From positions 64,001 through 128,000 of the forward strand of contig WJMO01000005.1 of the NCBI GenBank assembly GCA_014727915.1: DNA of 64,000 nucleotides. The letters run 5' to 3'. The DNA comes from Candidatus Altiarchaeales archaeon (GTDB lineage: Archaea > Altiarchaeota > Altiarchaeia > IMC4 > SCGC-AAA252-I15). The notes beneath the pieces were generated by a model, which saw only the letters and a program-made list of their open reading frames with translations, searched no databases and had not been told where the DNA came from. Below are positions 9,332 through 21,798 of the stretch, piece by piece. Each line of letters starts with the position of its first letter. The first letter of the stretch is position 1. The position numbers and the translations under genes were made by a program.

Positions 9332-9960
9332 ATCACCTTAACCTTGGATGCCATCCCACGGCCTATGCTCACTCTCGTGTTGCCTGTCTTCACCACCAGC
9401 GGGCCCCCAAGCGGCTCCCTGGCAACCACCTTCACCCTCTTGCCCTCCATCAGCCCGAGCGTCATCATCTTCTCCTGGAACCTGCTTCCCCCATCCAACC
9501 GTTTCAAGGTGACTGTTTCCCCCTCGAGCACGTTTATCAGGCTCCTGTCCTTTCTCTTGCCGGGGGGTATGGGCTTGTGGTCGTCCGGGCATTCGCCGGG
9601 ATAATCCATGAACCTGTCCAGGGCATCGGCCGCCTCGTCCGAGAGGCTGTGCTCCATCTGGCAGGCCTGATCGTGGACCCTGCTCTTCCTTATCTTAAGC
9701 ACGTCGCATAGGAACCTCTCAAGTAGCCTGTGCTTCCTCTTCACGTTCTCCCCGATCCTCAGCCCCTTCTTGGTCAGCCTGACCCCCTGGTATGGCTTGT
9801 GCCTGATCAGGCCCTTGCGGTCCAGCTTCCTCAGCATCTCCGAGACGCTGGACTCTTTCACTCCCAGCTCCCTGGCTATCTCCCCAGTCTTCGCCTCCTT
9901 TCCGTCTTCAAGCAGGCCGTAGATGGTCTCCAGGTACTCCTCCTTGCTCCTGTGCGGCAT
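9328..9960 (-). CDS. DtxR/MntR-family metal-dependent regulator with C-terminal FeoA domain
   Basis: EEYLETIY, SVSEMLRKL, RKHRLLERFL, ACQMEH, CPDDHKPIP, then FeoA-like LGLMEG...PLGGP...IGRGMA; start moved to ATG at 9960. Confidence 0.92.
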   Translation of the reverse strand: MPHRSKEEYLETIYGLLEDGKEAKTGEIARELGVKESSVSEMLRKLDRKGLIRHKPYQGVRLTKKGLRIGENVKRKHRLLERFLCDVLKIRKSRVHDQACQMEHSLSDEAADALDRFMDYPGECPDDHKPIPPGKRKDRSLINVLEGETVTLKRLDGGSRFQEKMMTLGLMEGKRVKVVAREPLGGPLVVKTGNTRVSIGRGMASKVKVI

Positions 9961-9992
9961 AGAAGATACATTACCCTCCAAACATATAAATA

Positions 9993-10008
9993 TTTAGGCA
10001 AGCCTAAA
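9993..10008. promoter_or_regulatory. DtxR/IdeR-type operator TTTAGGC-AA-GCCTAAA
   Basis: Perfect 7-bp inverted repeat matching the DtxR-family TTAGG-N-CCTAA consensus, directly upstream of the minus-strand TTTATATG box (9983-9990) of the dtxR-feoB operon. Confidence 0.8.
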
Positions 10009-10153
10009 AAATAATTATTCAATATTATTTGGATAAATATTTTAATAATTTATAAAAAAACACAGATAGTTTCCAATATTGTCTTTTGCCCGCTTCTGGT
10101 CTCCGCTCCGCTACCAACCCGTATTTAAACCCTTCAGACTATTATCTTCTTTG

Positions 10154-11059
10154 ATGGAACACGGCGAACTCAGGGGGCTGAGATACGTGCTCATAGCGGC
10201 GATGGTGAGCGGCTTCGCAATATTCGCAAACAAATTCTTCGTGGGCGTCTACTCCGACGCGTTCGTGTACACAACAGCCAAGAACATCCTGGCGGCAACC
10301 TTCCTCGCGGCGCTGCTGGCCTTCACCAATGACATGCAACAGCTGAGGAAGCTCAAGCGAAAGGACTGGCTGAAGCTGTCCTCGATCGGAGTGGTCGGCG
10401 GGAGCATACCTTTCCTGTTGTTCTTCAAGGGACTCACATTGACATCTGCTGCGAGCGGCGCGTTCATACACAAGACCATGTTCGTCTGGGTCGCAGCACT
10501 CTCAACATTCTTCCTGAGGGAGCGGCTGAAGCTGCACCACATAACTGCAGCACTCCTGCTGCTGGCTGGTAACCTCCTGGCCATCGGATTGAACGCGTTC
10601 ACCGTCAACACGGGCGACCTCATGATACTCGCAGCCACGCTGTTCTGGGCCTGTGAGACAATCATATCCAAGAACGCGCTTAAGGACATCAAGCCCTCAG
10701 TCGTCGCATCCGCGAGGATGGCCTTCGGGTCCGTCGTCTTGCTGGGCTTCCTCGGAGCTACCGGTAGGATAGGGTCTCTGACGGCGTTGACGGCACCCCA
10801 GGCCGTTGCCGCCCTCACGACATCGGCGATTCTCTTCGCCTACGTGACCTCATGGTATAACGGGCTGAAGCTGGTGAGCGCATCGACCGCCACAGTAGTG
10901 TTATTACTGGGGGCGCCGGTGACGACCCTATTGTCTGCCACGTTCCTGTCGGCGGCGGTTCCGACAGTCCAGACGGCAGGCATCCTGATGGTATTGGCCG
11001 GCACAGTCGCTTATGTGCGGCTTTCCCCTGGTGGAACAGAACATGCGACCTTCGCCTGA
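10154..11059 (+). CDS. EamA/DMT-family transporter
   Basis: About ten hydrophobic helices in two repeats, GGSIPFLLFFKGL, FLRERL; TTTAAA at 10124-10129 supports the ATG at 10154. Confidence 0.85.
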   Translation: MEHGELRGLRYVLIAAMVSGFAIFANKFFVGVYSDAFVYTTAKNILAATFLAALLAFTNDMQQLRKLKRKDWLKLSSIGVVGGSIPFLLFFKGLTLTSAASGAFIHKTMFVWVAALSTFFLRERLKLHHITAALLLLAGNLLAIGLNAFTVNTGDLMILAATLFWACETIISKNALKDIKPSVVASARMAFGSVVLLGFLGATGRIGSLTALTAPQAVAALTTSAILFAYVTSWYNGLKLVSASTATVVLLLGAPVTTLLSATFLSAAVPTVQTAGILMVLAGTVAYVRLSPGGTEHATFA

Positions 11060-11777
11060 TGAGAGGGGGCTCAGGCTGTGCTCGCGCTACTCTTACCTGC
11101 CTAACAGCCTCGGATACTGCGGGCCGCCGGACGTTAACGAGAGGATACTCGAATACGCCCTCGGAGGCGGATGCAGTGACATCCGCGAAATCCTAACAAA
11201 GTTCGAGGCATTGCACCCCTACCTGGAATTGATAGCTGGATCGAACGGTTTCGACGACGAGTTCGACATCGACGTCGTTGAAGCCCTATGGGTCGGGAAC
11301 AGGCTTTTGGAGGCAGTATCCTCATCTGACATCCAGGACATGATCCATGCAAGGTTCAAAGGCTACCTTCCAGGCAGGATACTCGAATGCATGGTCGACC
11401 GCATACCGGAAGGTTCGCTGCCCCATCACAGCTTCCACGTCTTGCACATCCAAACCATAACCGGCGTCATCTCCCGCTCCGTTGAAAACCAGGACATGTG
11501 CAGGATAAGCTGGGGAACGGTTAAAGAGAAAGAGGACAAGCTGCTGGTGGATTCTCAGAAGCTGACCGTCGAGGACGGAAGATACAAACTGGTCCCCTGC
11601 GAGAAAGAGATAGAACATAAAGCCGCCGGCCGAACCTTCACCGAACCGGAACCAGGAGACGCCACATCGATACACTGGAACATGGCAGTCGAAGCATTGG
11701 ATGGAGCTAGATTATCTAATCTGCTGAAGTACACGGAACACAACCTGAACCTGCTGAAGCCCCTTTTACTCTCTTGA
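11043..11777 (+). CDS. DUF6390-like protein
   Basis: RYSYLPNSLGYCGP, PYLELIA, VVEALWVGN, PHHSFHV, CRISWG, SIHW motifs. Confidence 0.7.
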   Translation: MRPSPDERGLRLCSRYSYLPNSLGYCGPPDVNERILEYALGGGCSDIREILTKFEALHPYLELIAGSNGFDDEFDIDVVEALWVGNRLLEAVSSSDIQDMIHARFKGYLPGRILECMVDRIPEGSLPHHSFHVLHIQTITGVISRSVENQDMCRISWGTVKEKEDKLLVDSQKLTVEDGRYKLVPCEKEIEHKAAGRTFTEPEPGDATSIHWNMAVEALDGARLSNLLKYTEHNLNLLKPLLLS

Positions 11778-12036
11778 CACCCCCCCATAAAACCGTCATG
11801 TCCGCTGGTTTTACCAGGTTCGCGCCGCATGTCGCTGCCCTCGATTGTCCGGGTTTGTTGGGCGTCTTCTTGAGCGGGAATTCAGAGGGCGTCGGAACCG
11901 GCTTCACCGGCGCCCCGCCAGACGGCGATACTACCAACACCACGACGGGCGCAACCCAGCCCTAGGAACCTTTTTTTCAGGTTTTTTAAGGGGTGTTTTC
12001 CATATTAATAGCCCAGTCAATGTAGGGTGTGTTGAT

Positions 12037-12795
12037 ATGATCGGCAAGAAGATCCGGATGGAGCGGATTATGGACCGCAAGAGCGGTAACATGGTTATTG
12101 TCCCCTTGGACCATGGAGTTACCGTCGGGCCCATAAAGGGTTTGGAGAACCTTGAGGAGACAGTCAACGACGTCGCCAAGGGCGGAGCCGACGCAGTGCT
12201 CATGCACAAGGGCATGGTGGGCCGCGGCCACAGGGGATACGGGAACGACATAGGCTTGATAGTGCACCTAAACGGTGGTAGTTCGGTGGCGCCGGACCCC
12301 AACAACAAGATAATAGTCACGACAGTCGCGGAAGCCGTGCGGATAGGCGCGGACGCGGTTTCGATACACATCAACGTGGGAGCTGACAAGGAGCATAGGA
12401 TGCTCCACGACCTCGGGATGGTAGCTGAAGAATGCGCAGACTTCGGGATGCCATTGCTGGCGATGATGTACCCCCGGGGCCCGGAGATAAAGAACAGCAC
12501 CGACGTCAAATACGTCCGTCACGTGGCGAGATTGGGCGCCGAACTCGGCGCGGACATAGTCAAGACCCTGTACACCGGGGAGAAGAAGACGTTCAAGGAG
12601 GTCGTGGACGGGTGTCCCGTCCCGATAGTGATAGCCGGCGGACCGAAGATAGAGTCCGAAGCCGACCTGCTGAAGATGGTCGAGGATGCAATGGACTGCG
12701 GAGCCAAGGGCATAAGCATAGGCCGGAACATCTTCCAAGCCGACGACAGGGTCGAGATCACGAAGAAGCTATGCAAGATAGTGCATGGAAAGTGA
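12037..12795 (+). CDS. aroA': Class I aldolase, 2-amino-3,7-dideoxy-D-threo-hept-6-ulosonate synthase / DhnA family
   Basis: [38 protein letters not shown] (Schiff-base Lys), IAGGPK, GRNIFQ; start moved to ATG at 12037. Confidence 0.85.
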   Translation: MIGKKIRMERIMDRKSGNMVIVPLDHGVTVGPIKGLENLEETVNDVAKGGADAVLMHKGMVGRGHRGYGNDIGLIVHLNGGSSVAPDPNNKIIVTTVAEAVRIGADAVSIHINVGADKEHRMLHDLGMVAEECADFGMPLLAMMYPRGPEIKNSTDVKYVRHVARLGAELGADIVKTLYTGEKKTFKEVVDGCPVPIVIAGGPKIESEADLLKMVEDAMDCGAKGISIGRNIFQADDRVEITKKLCKIVHGK

Positions 12796-12859
12796 GCCAA
12801 TACATGATAGTGGGTCCAGTTCTGAGCAGAAAACAGACTGTATACTATAGTATATTAAA

Positions 12860-13774
12860 ATGGCACGTAACCTGAAGAAGTACTCGGACATCAAGGGCGG
12901 CATGGACCGCGGCAGCAGAGACCACAAGAGCAAACTCGCAGACAAGGACGGGGAAATCATGAAGGTGGCTTCCAAGAAGGTCATAGCCACGCACCCCTCC
13001 AACACAATAAAGAACGCGGCATCCCTGATGCGGGACAACGACGTCCGCAGGCTGCCCGTATTGGACGCGGGGACTGCGCGGCTTGAAGGCCTCGCGACCG
13101 CAGTGGACGTGCTGGACTTCATGGGAGGCGGGGAAAAATACAACATCATAGAAAAGGACTACGGGGGCAACTTCCTCTCGGCTATCAACACCCCCATCTC
13201 CAAGATAATGCGGGAGTCACAGTACCTTGACCGCCGTTCATCCGTAGAGGAGGTCGTGGACATCATGGTCGACAAGAAGACCAGCTGCATACCCGTCGTC
13301 GAAGACGACGAGGACCTGTCGGTCATCGCATTGGTGACTGAAAGGGACGTCCTGCCCATGGCAGGGGAATTCGGGGTTCCAGTGTCGGAGGTGATGAACT
13401 CCAAGCCCATAACGGCCTCTGAGGGCATGATGCTATCCGACGTCAGCAAGGTCATGGTAAGAAACCAGGTTCGTAGGCTTCCCGTCATAAAAGAGGGCAG
13501 CCTGGCAGGTGTGGTCACGGTCTTCGACGTCCTAGGATACCTGGAACGCGGAGAATACAAGGGCGTTGACGCGGAAGAGAACCTGAGCACCCGGGTGGAG
13601 GAGATAATGGCCTCGGAAGTCCTCGCGCTCAGGCCCGAAGAGGACCTGGGGGAAGCCGTAAAACTGATTGGAACAAGCGGCTACGGGGGTTTCCCCGTTG
13701 CGGAAGACGGCTCTCTGAAGGGCATCATAACGATCACGGACATCCTCAGATGGGTTTACCGCGAAAAAGGCTAG
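12860..13774 (+). CDS. Four-CBS-domain protein
   Basis: Repeated RRLPV / G(I/V)(I/V)TxxD CBS motifs. Confidence 0.9.
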   Translation: MARNLKKYSDIKGGMDRGSRDHKSKLADKDGEIMKVASKKVIATHPSNTIKNAASLMRDNDVRRLPVLDAGTARLEGLATAVDVLDFMGGGEKYNIIEKDYGGNFLSAINTPISKIMRESQYLDRRSSVEEVVDIMVDKKTSCIPVVEDDEDLSVIALVTERDVLPMAGEFGVPVSEVMNSKPITASEGMMLSDVSKVMVRNQVRRLPVIKEGSLAGVVTVFDVLGYLERGEYKGVDAEENLSTRVEEIMASEVLALRPEEDLGEAVKLIGTSGYGGFPVAEDGSLKGIITITDILRWVYREKG

Positions 13775-13858
13775 TTCATTTATATAGGATAATGCGATAA
13801 TATCTTAGCCATATTTTCTCCTTCTGGCTTCAGGATGCTCAAATCCTGTGGAGGTGTT

Positions 13859-14089
13859 ATGTTGATCGAGCACAAGTTAGTCCCCAAACACGAGCTGATG
13901 AGCCCCGAAGAATCCCAGGCAGTGCTTGAAAAGTACAAAGTCACAAGGGATCAGATGCCCAAGATCCGGGCGAACGACCCGGGCATAAAGCACCTCCAAG
14001 CCAACGTAGGTGATTTGATAAGAATATCTAGGGTGTCGGAATACCTGGATAACTACGAATCCTACTATTACAGGGTGGTTGTTGAATGA
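13859..14089 (+). CDS. rpoH: RNA polymerase subunit H (Rpo5)
   Basis: HKLVPKHE, MPKIRANDP, GDLIRISR, YYRVV; GGAGGTG RBS. Confidence 0.95.
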   Translation: MLIEHKLVPKHELMSPEESQAVLEKYKVTRDQMPKIRANDPGIKHLQANVGDLIRISRVSEYLDNYESYYYRVVVE

Positions 14090-15546
14090 GCAAGCAGTCT
14101 AAGATGCCGTCTGTGCGGCTTTCGGATTTCACAGACCGCGAAGACCTGATGAGATTCCAGGTGGAATCGTTCAACTGGCTTATAGAAAAGGGACTCCAGG
14201 AGGTCATAGACGAGAAGGGCACACTTGACATAGAGATACCAGACTACAGCCTGGAACTGGGGAAGATCACCGTCGGCAAGCCCGAAGTCAACGAGTCCGG
14301 CCAGGGTGTCGAGTCAAGGTACCCGTTCGAGTGCAGGCTCAGGAACCTAACATATGCGGCGCCCATAAACCTGGAGTTCGTCGAACGCGGCGAGTCAGTG
14401 AACGTCGAAATCGGCCACCTGCCAGTCATGCTCGGTTCCAAAGTATGTCTGCTCAACGGCTTGGACGAGATGGAGATGAAACGCCGCGGCGAAGACCCCA
14501 TGGACATGGGCGGCTACTTCATAATCAACGGCACAGAGAGGACTTTGATAATAGTGGAGGACCTCGCACCCAACCGGATCGTCACCACAAGGGAGACGAT
14601 AATGGGCAAGGACGTGGTCATAGCAAAGGTCTTCTCGGTCCGGCAGGGCTTCCGTTCCAGGGTTACGGTGGAGAAGCGGGAGGCATCCGGGGGCGCCACG
14701 CTTTTCGTGTCATTCCCGGGGATACCCAACAGGATACCCCTGACTGTGTTGATGACCGCCCTCGGCTTGGACGAAACCGACATACTGGGACTATTCGACA
14801 ACGAGACCCAGCTGGAGGTCAAGATAAACCTTGAGATGAAGCAGATGACCCCAGAGGAAGCCTTCGAATACATCGGCAAGAGGGCTGGGGCTGGCCACGC
14901 CAAACAGTACCAGGCCACCCGCGCCAACCAGGTCATAAACAACTTCCTGCTCCCCCACATCGGAAACTCGGAATCCGACCGGCAGAGGAAAGCAATCTAC
15001 CTGGGGATAATGGCGAAGAAAGTCCTTGAACTGGACCTTGGACTGCGAAAGGAGGACGACAAGGACCACTACAGCAACAAGAGGCTCAGATTATCCGGGG
15101 ACCTGATGCAGGAGCTGTTCAGGGTCAGCTTCAACAAGATCACGCGAGACATAAAATACCAGCTGGAAAAGCAGCACGCCCGTCACAGGGTGGTGAACGT
15201 GAAGACCGCGGTCCGTAGCAACAACCTGACGGAGAGCATCTGCTACGCGCTTGCGACCGGGAACTGGACCGGCGGCCGCAGCGGAGTAAGCCAGGTGCTT
15301 GACCGCACGAACTTCCTATCATACGTTACTCACCAGAGGAGGGTCAGCTCGCTGCTCAGCAGGAGCCACCCCCACTTCGAAGCACGAGACCTTCACGCGA
15401 CACAGCTTGGGAGGATATGCCCCAACGAGACCCCCGAGGGTCAGAACTGCGGGCTGGTGAAGAACCTGGCCGTGGGCGCGCTCATATCATCTGAGACGCC
15501 CGAGGCACCGTTGGAAAAGTACTTGAAGGAGTTCGGAGTAAAGTAA
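14086..15546 (+). CDS. rpoB2: RNA polymerase subunit B''
   Basis: QVESFN, ECRLRNLTYAAP, GGYFIINGTER, DDKDHY, CPNETPEGQNCGLVKNLA. Confidence 0.96.
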   Translation: MSKQSKMPSVRLSDFTDREDLMRFQVESFNWLIEKGLQEVIDEKGTLDIEIPDYSLELGKITVGKPEVNESGQGVESRYPFECRLRNLTYAAPINLEFVERGESVNVEIGHLPVMLGSKVCLLNGLDEMEMKRRGEDPMDMGGYFIINGTERTLIIVEDLAPNRIVTTRETIMGKDVVIAKVFSVRQGFRSRVTVEKREASGGATLFVSFPGIPNRIPLTVLMTALGLDETDILGLFDNETQLEVKINLEMKQMTPEEAFEYIGKRAGAGHAKQYQATRANQVINNFLLPHIGNSESDRQRKAIYLGIMAKKVLELDLGLRKEDDKDHYSNKRLRLSGDLMQELFRVSFNKITRDIKYQLEKQHARHRVVNVKTAVRSNNLTESICYALATGNWTGGRSGVSQVLDRTNFLSYVTHQRRVSSLLSRSHPHFEARDLHATQLGRICPNETPEGQNCGLVKNLAVGALISSETPEAPLEKYLKEFGVK

Positions 15547-15547
15547 A

Positions 15548-17352
15548 TTGGCGACTGTAGTATACTTGAACGGGAGGCTTATAGGAGAGCACAGGAACCC
15601 GGAGTCCCTTGTAAGGAGACTCAAGGACCTGAGAAGGCAGAACAAGATAGACCCCACCGTATCCATTAGCTTCCATGAGGAGAACAACGAAGTCCAGGTC
15701 TACACCGACAAGGGCCGGACCCTACGGCCGCTGGTCATAATGGAAGAGGGCAAGCCAAGACTCACAAACAAGCACATAAAGGACCTTCGCGAGGGCAAGA
15801 TAGAATGGAAGAACCTGCTCGAAGACGGTCTCATCGAATACGTTGACGCTGAAGAGGAGGAGAACGCCTACGTGGCCGTCAGAGAGTATAAGATATCAAA
15901 GGAGCACACACACCTAGAGCTCACGCCTTCGCTGATGCTGGGCGTTAGTGCGGGATTCGCCCCTTGGCCGGAGCACAACTCCTCGCCGAGGGTGACGATG
16001 GCCGCCGCAATGGCTAAGCAGACCCTCGGGATGTACGCTTCAAACTACTTCTCACGTTTCGACAGCAGAGCCAACGTGCTCCACTACCCGCAGGCGCCGC
16101 TGGTTAAGACTGACATAGCGGATTCGCTCGAATACAGCAGGCGCCCGGCAGGCCAGAACTTCGTAGTCGCCATCATGAGCTACAAGGGCTACAACATGGA
16201 GGACGCCGTCATACTGAACCGGGGCAGCATCGAACGCGGCCTCGGACGGTCGACGTTCTTCAGGACCTACACCGCCGAGGAGCGGAGGTACCCAAGCGGT
16301 CAGAGGGACAGGTTCGAAGTCCCAAGCGAAGAGGTTGAGGGCGCACAGTCAGACGACACATACACCAAACTGGGCGAAGACGGGCTCATATACCCCGAAT
16401 CCGACGTCGGATCAGGGGAGGTGCTGATAGGCAGGACCTCACCGCCCAGGTTCCTCGAGGAGATCGGACCCTATGGTATCGTGGAGGAGCGGAGGCGGGA
16501 GACTTCCACGACCGTCCGGCACATGGAATCCGGCGTGGTCGACTGCGTAGTGATGACCGAGTCGGTGGAGCGGAACAAGCTGGCCAAGGTGAGGGTCCGC
16601 AGCCACAGGATGCCGGAGTTGGGAGACAAGTTCGCGTCCCGCCACGGCCAGAAGGGGGTCGTGGGCATGATCGTCCCCCAGGAGGACATGCCCTTCACAA
16701 AGCAGGGGATAACGCCAGACCTCATACTGAACCCCCACGCGATACCCTCCCGTATGACCGTAGGGCACGTGCTGGAGATGGTGGGGGGCAAGGTCGGAGC
16801 GATGGAGGGACGGTGCGTTAACGGCACTGCATTCGCCAACGAGGAAGAGGACGACCTACGAAACAAGCTAAAGGATTTGGGCTTCAACTACTCCGGGAAG
16901 GAAGTCCTGTACAACGGCGTCACCGGGGAGCGGTTCGAAGCCGAGATATTCGTCGGGATCGCATACTATCAGAAGCTACACCACATGGTAGCGAACAAGG
17001 TCCACGCCAGGTCAAGAGGCCCGGTTCAGATGCTTACCCGCCAGCCCACAGAAGGCCGCGCACGCGAAGGCGGGCTCAGGTTCGGGGAGATGGAGCGGGA
17101 CTGCCTCATCGGCCACGGAGTCTCAATGATGCTAAAGGACCGTCTGCTCGACGAGTCCGACAAGGTCGTCATACCCGTCTGCAGCAAATGCGGTATGGTG
17201 GCCGTCAACGACGTTGACCGCAGGCAGGTATACTGCCCACTATGCGGTGAAGTGCCCACATACCCTGTTGAGATGGCATACGCGTTCAAGCTGCTGCTGA
17301 ACGAGCTAATGGGCATGTGCATATTGCCAAAACTAAGGTTGAGTGATAAAGC

Positions 17353-17356
<4 letters not shown>
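15548..17356 (+). CDS. rpoB1: RNA polymerase subunit B' (TTG start)
   Basis: GYNMED, GDKFASRHGQKG, NPHAIPSRMT, RQPTEGRAREGGLRFGEMERD. Confidence 0.97.
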
Positions 17357-20959
<3,603 letters not shown>

Positions 20960-20966
20960 TTGAAAG

Positions 20967-21263
20967 GTGGACGTGAAGAAACAATTGAATGTTGCGATCG
21001 AGTCGGGGGAGGTGCAGATAGGCTCTAACAAGTCAATAGAATCTCTCTTGAACGGAAACCCCAAGCTGGTCCTACTCAGCAGGAACTGCCCCCGTAAGCA
21101 GAGGGAGGCCATAACCTACTACTGCCGCCTCGCTGGCGTCCCTGTTGTTACCCTGAAGGAGAACAGCGTCGAAGTGGGTTCTGGGGTCGGCAAGCCATAT
21201 CCCATATCTGCTGTTACCGTCTTGGACGAGGGCGAGTCCACGATACTCGAGGCTGCACAGTGA
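20967..21263 (+). CDS. rpl30e: 50S ribosomal protein L30e
   Basis: AIESGEVQIG, NCP, GKPYPISA, GESTIL; canonical position after rpoA''. Confidence 0.92.
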   Translation: MDVKKQLNVAIESGEVQIGSNKSIESLLNGNPKLVLLSRNCPRKQREAITYYCRLAGVPVVTLKENSVEVGSGVGKPYPISAVTVLDEGESTILEAAQ

Positions 21264-21691
21264 ACAAGATAAGGTTTGACGCAGACGAGATAAAGCTCAT
21301 CTCAATGTTCGAGTCTACTACCGGGGCCAAGGTCAACGATTTTCTCATGGACAGCAACCTACTGTGCTTCCTCGTTAAGCAGGGCGACATGGGGTTGGCA
21401 ATCGGGAAGAACGGCAGCAAGGTCGAGAAGCTCAGGCGCTCTCTGGGAAGGAACATACTGGTGTTGGAGCACAGCGACGATCCTGAAAAGTTCATCGAGA
21501 ACATGTTCCATCCCGTAGAAGTACACGGTCTCGAAGTAGGGGACACGCCTGACGGGCTGATGGCGACGGTGCAGATAAGCATCGAAGACCGCAGCCGTGC
21601 CATAGGCCGGGAAGGCAGCAGGATAAGGATGGTCAAAGCCCTGGCAAAGAGGCACCACAACATAGGCAACATAAACCTGCGCGCAGTTTAA
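21260..21691 (+). CDS. nusA: Archaeal NusA (two KH domains)
   Basis: AIGKNG and AIGREG GxxG loops; position after L30e. Confidence 0.93.
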   Translation: MNKIRFDADEIKLISMFESTTGAKVNDFLMDSNLLCFLVKQGDMGLAIGKNGSKVEKLRRSLGRNILVLEHSDDPEKFIENMFHPVEVHGLEVGDTPDGLMATVQISIEDRSRAIGREGSRIRMVKALAKRHHNIGNINLRAV

Positions 21692-21798
21692 AGTCTGAAT
21701 TATTTTGGCTTTTTCCATAATAATTTAAATTTTTTCCTTAATTGTTTGGGTCGTGTGGTTCTCTGCTATTATTCTCATTCTACCCATAGCCTTATGAT

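Noticed and set aside
1507-9604. Long antisense ORFs (e.g. 1507..2283, 3173..3907, 8558..9604)
   Set aside because: Shadow frames of well-supported genes on the other strand in GC-rich DNA
10009-10080. AT-rich inverted repeats
   Set aside because: Low-complexity divergent promoter region; expected by composition
11716-11943. Minus-strand 75-aa ORF between the DUF6390-like gene and the aldolase
   Set aside because: GTG start without clear promoter or RBS, overlaps the upstream gene end, no motif
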